From Fibrobacterales bacterium (GTDB taxonomy: Bacteria > Fibrobacterota > Fibrobacteria > Fibrobacterales > JAOPTW01), in NCBI GenBank assembly GCA_051532055.1, contig JAOPTX010000023.1:32001-96000 (forward strand): a stretch of 64,000 bases of DNA, written 5' to 3'. Position 1 is the first letter of the stretch. Every line of letters starts with the position of its first letter. Positions 29,190 to 39,126 of this stretch are shown here, one piece after another. The notes beneath the pieces are model-generated. The model was not told where the DNA came from. It made no database searches and saw only the letters and a list, made by a program, of their open reading frames with translations. Both the position numbers and the translations under genes were made by a program.

Positions 29190-30602
29190 ATGAGGCCACA
29201 AATAATACTCGCCATACTTATTCCCCTTGTTATAGTGATAGGGAGTATCTTATATTCAATAAAGCCTAATGAAATATCACTCGACAACCCACAGCATTTC
29301 ATAATTCAAAAGAAACCCCATGTAGACCATAAGGATCTTATTACCGGCGATTTTAAAGACGGCCCATCGGTTACCAGAACATGCCTCAGCTGCCATAAAA
29401 ATGCGGCTAAAGAGCACATGCAAACAACACACTGGAAGTGGACTACTGATTCAATCGCCGTGCCCTGGCACGACACAAAAATAATGGTGGGGAAAAAACA
29501 TTCGTTTAACAACTTTTGCATTGGCATTGCTGGTGGCAATGAATCCAAATGTACTAAGTGTCATACCGGCTATGGCTGGGAAGATAAAAATTTTGATTTC
29601 ACCGCAGAAGAACGCGTTGACTGCCTTGTGTGTCACGATGGTTCAGGACTCTATGCTAAAGTGGGCAAAGGACTCCCCAGCAAATCAGTGAATCTTACAG
29701 AAGTCGCTCAAAGTGTTGGCTATAGCTCGAGAAAAAACTGTGGTTCATGTCACTTTTCTGGTGGAGGCGGCAATGCTGTAAAACATGGAGACCTCGATGA
29801 ATCACTCTACTTTCCTACTCCTCGTATTGACATACATATGGGTAAACTTGATTTTCAATGTACTACTTGCCACGAAACAAAAGATCACAATATAACAGGT
29901 CGATCGATGTCTGTAAGCGTAACGAATGAGAATAGACTCGACTGTACCAAGTGTCATAATGAAAACCCTCACAAAGACACCCGTATAAATCTCCACACTA
30001 AACGAGTTGCCTGCCAGACTTGTCATATACCAGAGGTAGCGATTAAAACGCCAACAAAAACAGATTGGGACTGGTCAAAAGCAGGGCAAGAAGGCCGTGA
30101 AGAGGATGCCCATCACTATATGAAAATGAAAGGTGAGTTCATTTATAAGAAAAACCTTAAACCTGAGTACCACTGGTATAACGGTACTTCGAAAGTGTAC
30201 ATCACCGGACAAAAAGTAGATTCAACTAAAGGAGTCGCAATTAATGAGCCTCTTGGAAATATCAAAGATACACTATCTAAGATTTGGCCTTTTAAAGTTC
30301 ACCGAGGTAAACAAATTTATGACAATGTCAATAATTACTTAATTCAGCCTAAAACAGTGGGTGGCTATTGGGAGCATTTTGATTGGCAAAAAGCACTCAC
30401 TGCAGGCGCAAAAAACATGGGTCTTGACTATTCTGGTTCATATGGATTTACGCAAACTGAAATGTACTGGCCTTTGTCACATATGGTTGCAGAATCTAAC
30501 AGAGCACTCTCATGTATGGAATGTCATGGCGATGATGGACGTATAGACTGGAAAACACTCGGCTACCCCGGTGACCCCATGACAACCATAGGAGGCAATT
30601 AA
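29190..30602 (+). CDS. otr: octaheme c-type cytochrome, tetrathionate reductase (Otr) family
   Basis: Eight CxxCH motifs; HWKW, GK..FNNFC, CH.GYGW, GGGGNAVKHGDLD, CQTCHIP, IWPFKVH. Confidence 0.9.
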   Translation: MRPQIILAILIPLVIVIGSILYSIKPNEISLDNPQHFIIQKKPHVDHKDLITGDFKDGPSVTRTCLSCHKNAAKEHMQTTHWKWTTDSIAVPWHDTKIMVGKKHSFNNFCIGIAGGNESKCTKCHTGYGWEDKNFDFTAEERVDCLVCHDGSGLYAKVGKGLPSKSVNLTEVAQSVGYSSRKNCGSCHFSGGGGNAVKHGDLDESLYFPTPRIDIHMGKLDFQCTTCHETKDHNITGRSMSVSVTNENRLDCTKCHNENPHKDTRINLHTKRVACQTCHIPEVAIKTPTKTDWDWSKAGQEGREEDAHHYMKMKGEFIYKKNLKPEYHWYNGTSKVYITGQKVDSTKGVAINEPLGNIKDTLSKIWPFKVHRGKQIYDNVNNYLIQPKTVGGYWEHFDWQKALTAGAKNMGLDYSGSYGFTQTEMYWPLSHMVAESNRALSCMECHGDDGRIDWKTLGYPGDPMTTIGGN

Positions 30603-30603
30603 T

Positions 30604-32670
30604 ATGTATTATTTTACACACATTATTTTCGCACTGTTTTTTGTGAGTACCCTTGCTACTGCAAGCCCTATTCATCCAACCATTGAGTGGAAAGATACCC
30701 TCGGAGCTCCAACCAAAAATGAGGTATCCTACGAAGCCTCATGTGGACAGTGTCATGATATCGATTACATTAAAAGCCATGATTCCCATGCAAAGCTTTA
30801 TGCAAATGAGAGTTTTAACTGTTTGACTTGTCATAGCGGTACTGTACCACAAACTGCCCCATCACAAACAACAACAATCACTCGTCCGCGTACTGAACAC
30901 TGCCAACAATGTCATACCAATGATAACGTCTACAGCAAAAAATCTGGGCGTTTCTATTCGGGTAAAAAGGTTTCAGAGTCAAATTTTAATATCCCGGGCA
31001 AGTCACAAATCAATCACGCTTGGGACATTCATGCTGAACGTGGCCTCAACTGCAATGACTGCCATTTCTCGACAAACAACCCTGTTTTCTTACGTAAAGA
31101 AGATACATCAAAACCATCACACTTAGAATTCGACCCCAGACGGCCCGATATTGGAGAATTTTTAAAACGACCCAGTCATAAGCTTGCCTTTACCGCTGGA
31201 GAACGATATGACTGTACGTATTGTCACACCGGTGAACATAGTGGCATATGGAAGGACCGCTCCGATATACACTTTAAAAAACTTGAGTGTCAGAGTTGTC
31301 ACACTCCTACTATCAAATCACCACTACTCGATACCATTAATAATACGATACGGTCAAATAATGCACCCGTGAAAATATTTAAAAACGTTGATACCAAGGG
31401 TGTTATTACCCCCTTCAGACCAATGCTCTATAAAACCAACATAAAGAGCGCTTACAAGCCCTACAACAATATCACCGAATTTTATTTTTATGCAACCACT
31501 CAAAAGAAACGTGTTCCAGACTCTGTCATTGCACAGATTTCGCTAGAACACAGCACTGAGATACATAACTATCTAGACCTTAATAAAGACGGTTGGGTTA
31601 CAGGCAATGAACAAGGCCCTGCTTCAGGAGTCTATTTTGATTTCATGAAAACTCAACTCCTAGAGCAAGGATACAGTGGCATCATTGTTAAAAAGAACTA
31701 CTCTTTTCATCACATTGCACACAATACTGTCACCGCAGAATATGCAACAAAACAATGCAGTGAATGTCACTCATCTCAAAATGCATTTAGTACTATTCTC
31801 GTTTCCCAAGGCCCTACAGACTCCCTCTCCTCATTTAGTTGCAGTGAAGATAATCTGTACATTTTCGGAAGAGAATGTAGCAGTACGGTTAACCTCATTG
31901 GCATCTTAACCATAATTGCTGTACTCATTGGCATTATACTCCACGGAGGACTCCGAGTAATCATACGTATAAAAAACGGGAGTCATCACAAAATTAAAAC
32001 GAAAAAAATCTATATTTATAAGTTGTATGAGCGTATCTGGCATTGGACTCAAGCACTCATCATTATGATACTCATCGCTACTGGACTGGTGATTCACAAC
32101 CCAGAAGTATTCACCATCCTTCCCTTTGATGTCGCTATTACTATTCATAGAGTTCTTGGCATCCTTCTAGGGGTCAATGCAATTTTTTCACTTTTTTATC
32201 ATATTTCCACCGGAAAAATTACTCAGTACATCCCTGAACCAAAAGGCTTTTTTGCAAAAGCTTTTACCCAACAAATGTATTACCTTAAAGGAATTTTTAA
32301 AAAAGAGAAACATCCCTTTGAAAAAATACCTGAACGTCGTCTAAACCCTCTTCAACAAATTGCCTATCTCGGCTTATTAAATATACTCCTTCCTGCTCTC
32401 ATGATTACTGGATTCATCATATATTTTTACCCATATGACAATGTCGTACTTGAAGCAATTGGTGGCCTCGAAACTATAGCGACGATACATACCCTCTGTT
32501 CATGGTTAATAATTTCATTTCTTATGATGCATATTTATCTTACGACTACTGGACATACTGTGACAGAATACACCAAAGCAATGGTTACTGGCTGGGAAGA
32601 TGTCGAAGACCTCACTCCCAAAGACGATGCAACAAACAACAAGGAGGCAACCGATGCTTCAGAGACTTAA
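30604..32670 (+). CDS. heptaheme cytochrome c fused to a membrane cytochrome b domain
   Basis: Signal peptide, seven CxxCH motifs; C-terminal ERIWHW, TIHRV, NPLQQIAY, TIHTL, MHIYL, AMVTGW. Confidence 0.88.
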   Translation: MYYFTHIIFALFFVSTLATASPIHPTIEWKDTLGAPTKNEVSYEASCGQCHDIDYIKSHDSHAKLYANESFNCLTCHSGTVPQTAPSQTTTITRPRTEHCQQCHTNDNVYSKKSGRFYSGKKVSESNFNIPGKSQINHAWDIHAERGLNCNDCHFSTNNPVFLRKEDTSKPSHLEFDPRRPDIGEFLKRPSHKLAFTAGERYDCTYCHTGEHSGIWKDRSDIHFKKLECQSCHTPTIKSPLLDTINNTIRSNNAPVKIFKNVDTKGVITPFRPMLYKTNIKSAYKPYNNITEFYFYATTQKKRVPDSVIAQISLEHSTEIHNYLDLNKDGWVTGNEQGPASGVYFDFMKTQLLEQGYSGIIVKKNYSFHHIAHNTVTAEYATKQCSECHSSQNAFSTILVSQGPTDSLSSFSCSEDNLYIFGRECSSTVNLIGILTIIAVLIGIILHGGLRVIIRIKNGSHHKIKTKKIYIYKLYERIWHWTQALIIMILIATGLVIHNPEVFTILPFDVAITIHRVLGILLGVNAIFSLFYHISTGKITQYIPEPKGFFAKAFTQQMYYLKGIFKKEKHPFEKIPERRLNPLQQIAYLGLLNILLPALMITGFIIYFYPYDNVVLEAIGGLETIATIHTLCSWLIISFLMMHIYLTTTGHTVTEYTKAMVTGWEDVEDLTPKDDATNNKEATDASET

Positions 32671-33181
32671 AACAAAAGAAGGGTATCTCAATCCCTATAC
32701 CGCGGGCTTTGCTCTAGGTATCGTGCTCTTTCTCTCATTTTTACTCACCGGTAATGGCCTTGGAGCTTCCGGGGGGCTCAATCGTATTGTAGTCGCCGTT
32801 GAAGACCTGATTACCCCTGAGCACATCGATCAAACCCCCTATCTTTTGAAGATGGCGGGCGGCGACAAAAACCCCTTAGACCATTGGATACTGATGCTCG
32901 TTGTCGGCACTGCTGTGGGTGGATTTGCATCCGGCCTTATATCAAAACGCATCAAACCAGAGCTCTTTAAAGGGCCCAACATTAGCAACAAAAAAAGAAT
33001 TGTTATGGCACTTGTCGGTGGCCTGATAATGGGGTATGGTGCACGACTTGCTCGTGGCTGTACATCAGGGCAAGCTCTCTCGGGTGGGGCAACTCTTTCG
33101 GCGGGAAGTTGGACTTTTATGTTTGCAGTATTTGGTGGAGCATACGCTCTTGCCTGGTTTGTTCGGAAAAACTGGAATTAG
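32654..33181 (+). CDS. YeeE/YedE family sulfur transporter subunit
   Basis: GLGASG, GARLARGCTSGQALSG; AAGGAGG RBS before ATG 32654. Confidence 0.88.
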   Translation: MLQRLKTKEGYLNPYTAGFALGIVLFLSFLLTGNGLGASGGLNRIVVAVEDLITPEHIDQTPYLLKMAGGDKNPLDHWILMLVVGTAVGGFASGLISKRIKPELFKGPNISNKKRIVMALVGGLIMGYGARLARGCTSGQALSGGATLSAGSWTFMFAVFGGAYALAWFVRKNWN

Positions 33182-33190
33182 GAGATTAGT

Positions 33191-34411
33191 ATGGCACCTA
33201 TAGAATTTTTATCAGCACTCAGTGAATTACAGCTCTACATAGTACATCTACTTATTGGCATTGGATTTGGCTTTACTTTAGAACAAGCAGGCTTTGGCGA
33301 CTCAAGACTCCTTGCCGCTCAATTCTATTTTAAAAATCTTACCGTCCTGAAAGTAATGTTCACCGCAATTATCACCTGCATGGTTGGAATATTCCTTGCA
33401 TCATCACTGGGGATACTCGACTACACCCAAATTTGGGTGAACCCAACCTACCTCTGGCCAGGGATTGTCGGTGGACTCATCATGGGAGTAGGATTTGTTC
33501 TCGGCGGATATTGCCCGGGCACCTCCCTCGTATCTATGTCAACGTTAAAAATAGATGGAGGACTCTTTGTTGTAGGAGGACTTATTGGCATGTCAATCTT
33601 TGGCGAAACTATTGATGAAGTCTCAATTGCATGGAGCTCGAGCTACATGGGTCGGCTCACTCTCCCTCAAGTTTTTAATATTCCTACAGGGGTAATGGTG
33701 CTCCTTGCGGTCACTATGGCAGTTGGTATGTTTAAAGGGGGCGAATGGCTTGAAAAGAAATTTGGCGACGGCTCACCCAAAGCACTATTTCCCAAATGGG
33801 CGATGGGGGGATTTCTTGTAGTTATTATTGCATTAATTGTTATCGGCCAACCCACCCCTCAAAAACGTTGGCAATTTGTGAAAGAGAGCCACCAACCTAA
33901 CATTGATTCACGGGCCGTTTTCATCCACCCAGGTGAACTGGTTAAAACATGGTTTGATGACAAACTCAGTCTCTCAATCTGGGACTTCAGATCAGAAGAA
34001 GAATTCAACCTTATAAATATTATAGATTCCGATCGAAAACTCATAGACCATCTTACGGAGAAATACATAATTGAACTCCGAAAAAACCCACCCAATAGAG
34101 TGACCGTCATTGTGGGTACGTCTGAACTACAAGCGCTTTCTGTGTATAAACAACTTATGGCCTATGGTATCCCTAACATATACATTCTTGATGGCGGAAT
34201 TGAACAATGGCTCAGAACGTTCAACACTCACCATACCTTTACAGAGCTTGTTAAACCCTCTCCTTATGGACTCCATTTTGACATTCCAGAGGCAAAAGGG
34301 GCACGCCACCGTGTTTCTGAGCCAGAAAAAGAGTGGATAGAACACATGCAGTACCCCTCAAAGATTAAACTTGAACTCAAACGAGGTGTTGCCGGTGGAG
34401 GCTGTGGATAA
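33191..34411 (+). CDS. YeeE/YedE family protein fused to a rhodanese-like domain, C-terminal GGGCG
   Basis: GFGFTLEQAGFG, GGYCPGTS; rhodanese-like DFRSEEEF...YILDGGIEQW. Confidence 0.85.
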   Translation: MAPIEFLSALSELQLYIVHLLIGIGFGFTLEQAGFGDSRLLAAQFYFKNLTVLKVMFTAIITCMVGIFLASSLGILDYTQIWVNPTYLWPGIVGGLIMGVGFVLGGYCPGTSLVSMSTLKIDGGLFVVGGLIGMSIFGETIDEVSIAWSSSYMGRLTLPQVFNIPTGVMVLLAVTMAVGMFKGGEWLEKKFGDGSPKALFPKWAMGGFLVVIIALIVIGQPTPQKRWQFVKESHQPNIDSRAVFIHPGELVKTWFDDKLSLSIWDFRSEEEFNLINIIDSDRKLIDHLTEKYIIELRKNPPNRVTVIVGTSELQALSVYKQLMAYGIPNIYILDGGIEQWLRTFNTHHTFTELVKPSPYGLHFDIPEAKGARHRVSEPEKEWIEHMQYPSKIKLELKRGVAGGGCG

Positions 34412-34547
34412 CTTGTTAAATTTGAGCCTCGGTGTATTCAATAGACTCCTAGGCTCACCCTCTTTAAAGATTCTCGGATATTTTATCCCACATAAATACA
34501 GTATAAATAGTTATACTTCGTTCTAGTTACTCACACACGAAGAGAAT

Positions 34548-35297
34548 ATGACCTTACTTGAAATTATTGCCAAGGCAAAAGCAGATAATCAAACAAGCCT
34601 TGATCTTAAAGGACTTGAGATTCGCGACCTCCCTGATGAACTATTTGAACTTACTCAATTAACCGAGCTCAATCTTGACGAAAACAACCTTGTTGTTATC
34701 CCTGATGAGATAGAAAAGCTTATAAACCTTACCGATCTCAGCATTAGTGAAAATGATTTGATGGAACTCAGTCCAGGTATTGGAAATCTCATCAATCTTG
34801 AAAACCTATATCTCGGCTACAATGGTCTCACTGACCTTCCTCCGGAGATTGGAAACTTAAAAAATCTTAAGATGTTAAACATTGCCAAAAACAGTCTTAT
34901 GGAACTCCCTCAAGAGATCGGTGGTCTTGAGAAGCTTGAAAAATTAAGTGTTCATGACAATGTATTGCCAGAACTCCCTAAAGAGATTGGTCTTCTTAAA
35001 AAATTGAGAAAAATTTATCTCGATAATAACTCATTAAAAAGTCTTCCGACTGAGATGGGTGGAATGGAAAGCCTGAAAGAGCTCATCGCATCGGGCAATT
35101 TTTTCACCGCAATCCCTGCAGAACTCGGTAAACTCACACACCTTGAAGAGATCGTTCTCGACATGAATGATATTACAGAGCTTCCCATTGAACTAAATGA
35201 CATTACCGATATTAAATGTATTTCGGTTGTAAATAACCCTGTCTCAATTATTCCTGATGTACTCAGAGAGCATCCTGGACTCATTATAGACAAATAG
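34548..35297 (+). CDS. leucine-rich repeat protein
   Basis: About nine 23-aa LP.EIG.L..L..L.L..N.L repeats. Confidence 0.92.
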   Translation: MTLLEIIAKAKADNQTSLDLKGLEIRDLPDELFELTQLTELNLDENNLVVIPDEIEKLINLTDLSISENDLMELSPGIGNLINLENLYLGYNGLTDLPPEIGNLKNLKMLNIAKNSLMELPQEIGGLEKLEKLSVHDNVLPELPKEIGLLKKLRKIYLDNNSLKSLPTEMGGMESLKELIASGNFFTAIPAELGKLTHLEEIVLDMNDITELPIELNDITDIKCISVVNNPVSIIPDVLREHPGLIIDK

Positions 35298-35317
35298 ACT
35301 TTAACAAAATTATATAT

Positions 35318-35359
35318 GCCAGTAGCTTGTAAATCCCTTACAAGCTACTGGCTTTTTTT
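35318..35359 (+). terminator. intrinsic terminator
   Basis: GCCAGTAGCTTGTAA-ATCCC-TTACAAGCTACTGGC perfect 15-bp stem followed by T7. Confidence 0.9.
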
Positions 35360-35413
35360 ATAGGGTATTTTTATTATACTAATAACGAAGACACACATTA
35401 CAAAGGAACCGAC

Positions 35414-36115
35414 ATGAAGATTGAAGGATCAAAGATATTAATCACTGGTGGGAGTTCCGGCATTGGAAAAGCTACTGCACAACTCCTTATTGAGAAAGGC
35501 GCTACCGTCGTCATTACCGGACGTGACACCGATAAACTCACTACAGTCGCTCAAGAAATTGGTGCACACCCCCTCCACTTTGACATTTCTCAAGGTGAGA
35601 CTATTGTTGCGAAAAGTGCAGAGGCGATAGCACTTCTCGGCGGCATTGATGTACTCATCAATAATGCAGGTATTGGGGAATTTGGTCTCCTCGAAGAGGT
35701 TACCCTCGACCAATTTGAACGCGTCTTTTCTACTAATGTTTTTGGATTAGCTATGCTCACACAAGCTATACTCCCTCATTTAAAAGCAGCCGGTAAAGGC
35801 TCGATTGTCAATATCGCATCATCTGCAGCAACTAAGGGCTTCGCCTACGGCACTGTCTACTCTGCTTCAAAATTTGCACTCCGAGCAATGACCCAATGCT
35901 GGCAAGCAGAGCTTAGAAAAGAGAATATCAGAGTTATCGGCATTAACCCAAGTGAAGTTCCCACAGCATTTAATAAAACCGATCGAGTTGAACGACCAGA
36001 GGAATTAAATAAGCTTTCAGTAATGGAAATTGCAGAACCTATTGTCAGCGCCCTCGAAATGGATGACCGTGGTTTTATTCCTGAACTTTCAGTCTGGGCA
36101 ACAAACCCTTTTTAA
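35414..36115 (+). CDS. SDR family oxidoreductase
   Basis: TGGSSGIG, NNAG, YSASK. Confidence 0.93.
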   Translation: MKIEGSKILITGGSSGIGKATAQLLIEKGATVVITGRDTDKLTTVAQEIGAHPLHFDISQGETIVAKSAEAIALLGGIDVLINNAGIGEFGLLEEVTLDQFERVFSTNVFGLAMLTQAILPHLKAAGKGSIVNIASSAATKGFAYGTVYSASKFALRAMTQCWQAELRKENIRVIGINPSEVPTAFNKTDRVERPEELNKLSVMEIAEPIVSALEMDDRGFIPELSVWATNPF

Positions 36116-36117
36116 AG

Positions 36118-37566
36118 TCACTCATTAAGAGTGAACAGATTCATCTGTTCACTCACCCCTTTTAGGTCAAAAAGGCCCACTTCACGAACAGCAACCCTAC
36201 CTTTCAACCCTTTAACCACTGCCTCACTAAATAGAAGTGATGGATTTGGCTCCTTACATTGCGATTCAATACGAGCTGCAACATTCACCGGTGACCCTAT
36301 CACGGTAAATTCTAAGCGATCAGTGCTCCCTATATATCCAGCGATCACCTCACCACAATGAACTCCAATGCCATTATACAGTTTTGGATGCCCTTTCTTT
36401 GATCGTATATGATTGAAGAGCTTGAGTTGAGTACTCATCTCGGCTGCCGCTTGTACCGCATCGTACTCTGACCCCTCACTGCTTTCAGTCAATCCAAATA
36501 CAGCAAGAATCGCATCCCCAATAAATTTATCTACAATACCATTATGAATCTTAATCACCTCTACCATACGGCTAAAATATTCATTGAGCATTGCTGTCAG
36601 TTTTTCTGGTTCAGTCTCTTCTGAAAGTTTTGTAAAGCCCCTGATGTCCACCACTAAAATGGTGAGTTTTTTCTTTGTGCCACCCATGGTTAAAACATCA
36701 CCATCATTACTATAATTCTTAATAAACTCCTCTGCAACATGAGGAGAAACAAATCGACCAAAAGCATCTTTAATCCTCTCACGCTGTCTGAGCCCTTTGG
36801 CCATATCATGGATTCCAGCTGCAACCTTACCGAGTTCATCGGGGCGACTCGCTTCTAGAGCTACTTCAAAATTTCCATCACCAATTTTTTGTACCTCATC
36901 GACAATGATTTGTGTGTCCTCTGAAAGTCCTTTACCATAGTACCATGCCACAATGAGTGCCATGGTAGCATAAAACCCGATCAGATACCCTATCTCATAA
37001 GCTACATTCATTGCAATAACATCTTCCATCACATAACGAGTTATGAGTATTAATATACCGAGAAGAGGGAGGGTCGTAAACAGAACAAAACCCTGCATTA
37101 TACGCCGAGTAAATCGCTCAGGGAATTGGCGAAACCCACCGATTGATCTATTTATACTTCGCACCTGACGTTCTAATAAAACTCGTTCCCACTGCGCTAA
37201 TATTCCCGACCCTAATATCCAATACCCACTGAGCATTTTGAGATGACTCCCAAAGGGGAAGTCAGCATAACGATAATGATGAATCACTACAGCAATCACT
37301 CCAGAAACAGCCCAAAGTGCAATAGCGCTATAATACCCAACTCGTGGTGCAGCATCAAGCGGTTGTTTATCTATAACATACCGAAAAATAAACTCACGTA
37401 TACCAATTTGAAAAAGTGCTAACGCAGCAATATTTTGAACAATCTGATACACAGGAACACTATCGATAAACTGGCACACCATTTTGGCATAGACCGCCAA
37501 AAATAGGGCCGTAATTAATGAAGCTCCATGAATCAAAAAACGTGTTTTTGGGTTAATTACTGACAT
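36118..37566 (-). CDS. membrane-bound class III adenylate/guanylate cyclase with HAMP domain
   Basis: Six TM segments, HAMP (DELG), VDIRGFT, DKFIGDA, GSPVNVAARIE; Lys in DKF suggests ATP specificity. Confidence 0.92.
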   Translation of the reverse strand: MSVINPKTRFLIHGASLITALFLAVYAKMVCQFIDSVPVYQIVQNIAALALFQIGIREFIFRYVIDKQPLDAAPRVGYYSAIALWAVSGVIAVVIHHYRYADFPFGSHLKMLSGYWILGSGILAQWERVLLERQVRSINRSIGGFRQFPERFTRRIMQGFVLFTTLPLLGILILITRYVMEDVIAMNVAYEIGYLIGFYATMALIVAWYYGKGLSEDTQIIVDEVQKIGDGNFEVALEASRPDELGKVAAGIHDMAKGLRQRERIKDAFGRFVSPHVAEEFIKNYSNDGDVLTMGGTKKKLTILVVDIRGFTKLSEETEPEKLTAMLNEYFSRMVEVIKIHNGIVDKFIGDAILAVFGLTESSEGSEYDAVQAAAEMSTQLKLFNHIRSKKGHPKLYNGIGVHCGEVIAGYIGSTDRLEFTVIGSPVNVAARIESQCKEPNPSLLFSEAVVKGLKGRVAVREVGLFDLKGVSEQMNLFTLNE

Positions 37567-37638
37567 ACATCACAAGGTTAAACTTTACGATTAGTATACC
37601 ACAGTTTATGTGAGTGTGCAATTAAGTAAGCAATTCAA

Positions 37639-38154
37639 CTAGAGAAAGGTTACAACCTCATTGATACTTCGTCGAATAGGTCCCGGCTTGGGGCTCCAGC
37701 CCTCTTCGGGATATCCCATAGGGGTCACAGCATAGACCACCTCATTTTCGGCGAGATTAAGAGCATTATAAAGGGTAGCAGTGTCAAAGGCTGCAATCCA
37801 ACACGTCCCCACACCTTCATATTCTGCAGCCAGAATCATGTGATCCATAACAATCGTTACATCAGTTTCAACAGCATTATAACCATCACCACGCCGCCAT
37901 GCAACATCTTTATCCCCGACAACAACAACTATTTGGGGCGCACGCTTAAACCAATCCCGATGATAACACTCTCGTACTTCGTGGAGCATATCTTCACTTT
38001 CAACAACAATTGCACGCCAAGGCTGACGATTAGCCGCTGTTGGCGCTACAATCCCAGCACTAATAATCCGCTCCATTACTTCTTGGGGAACGGGCTTATC
38101 AGGTCTATAACTCCGAATACTGCGTCTTTGAGAAATAAGCGTGTAAAAATCCAT
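37639..38154 (-). CDS. nitroreductase family protein
   Basis: RRSIRSY, APTAANRQPW, GVGTCWI, MGYP. Confidence 0.92.
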   Translation of the reverse strand: MDFYTLISQRRSIRSYRPDKPVPQEVMERIISAGIVAPTAANRQPWRAIVVESEDMLHEVRECYHRDWFKRAPQIVVVVGDKDVAWRRGDGYNAVETDVTIVMDHMILAAEYEGVGTCWIAAFDTATLYNALNLAENEVVYAVTPMGYPEEGWSPKPGPIRRSINEVVTFL

Positions 38155-38216
38155 TGTAGGGTTACCTTACTGAAAGTCTATTCGTTTAACTGGTAAAATA
38201 ACAAAGATAGGCTGCT

Positions 38217-39056
38217 ATGCGTAATCCTTTACCTCAAATAATTATTCTCATCTCCTTCATACTCCCACTTGGCTGTACAACTATGATTCCCGAACCCAAC
38301 CAGGGTGTTACTGCAACTGTTGAATTTTTAGCGGTAGGCCAAGGAAGTGCGACCCTTATAACACTCGATAGTATAGCAGTACTCATAGACGCTGGCCCTG
38401 ATAGTAGTTCACTCTATCAACTCCTCAATGAACGCAACATTTCATCACTCAATGCAGTAATACTCACTCATAACGACCGTGACCATTTCGGTGGCCTCTT
38501 TGATATTCTACCTCATATCACAATCGATCACCTGTACCTCCCCCAAAATGCCCACTCCAAATATCACTGGGACTCTCTTACGACACTCATTAAACACATT
38601 AGAGCAGACACTCTTACCCGTGGTGATGTTATTGACGAATTGAATCCCTTGAGCGCCTCCGTCTTATGGCCCACTCTCACTCACACTCTTCCAGGAAACA
38701 GTAGCTCTACCGTACTCCACCTCTCCCTTGGTGCTCACTCAATCCTCCTTACCGGTGATCTCGAAGAATCTGAAGAAAAAGAACTGTTAGCCCTCACTCC
38801 GGACCTCAATGTGGACCTATTACAAGTGGGTCATCATGGTTCAGCAACGAGCACTTCACTCCCTTTTATTGCAACACTCCTCCCTAGTTATGCGGTTATA
38901 CCCGTAGGGAAAAATAATTCCTATGGACATCCCCATCAAAGCACCCTTGATCATCTTAATATGTATGTAACTGACTCACTTTATCGGACCGACCATGACT
39001 CAACAGTAGTCGTCACTCTAAATGGACAAAGCCTCTCAATTACCACCCATCACTAA
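38217..39056 (+). CDS. ComEC/Rec2-type metallo-beta-lactamase-fold lipoprotein
   Basis: VGQGSA, LIDAG, THNDRDHFGG, LLTGD, GHHGS, YGHP. Confidence 0.88.
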   Translation: MRNPLPQIIILISFILPLGCTTMIPEPNQGVTATVEFLAVGQGSATLITLDSIAVLIDAGPDSSSLYQLLNERNISSLNAVILTHNDRDHFGGLFDILPHITIDHLYLPQNAHSKYHWDSLTTLIKHIRADTLTRGDVIDELNPLSASVLWPTLTHTLPGNSSSTVLHLSLGAHSILLTGDLEESEEKELLALTPDLNVDLLQVGHHGSATSTSLPFIATLLPSYAVIPVGKNNSYGHPHQSTLDHLNMYVTDSLYRTDHDSTVVVTLNGQSLSITTHH

Positions 39057-39126
39057 TTACTCTTCCCCCCAATAAGTTCCCACTTCGGACTACAGTCTTC
39101 TTCCCTCTATTGCTATCTTTCCTCAT

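Noticed and set aside
34423..34457. TGAGCCT...AGGCTCA hairpin after the otr operon
   Set aside because: Imperfect stem with no clear U-tract; at most an ordinary terminator
34548..35297. LRR protein as part of an immune/NLR-like system
   Set aside because: Stand-alone, no NTPase/TIR/Roc domain, followed by a strong terminator
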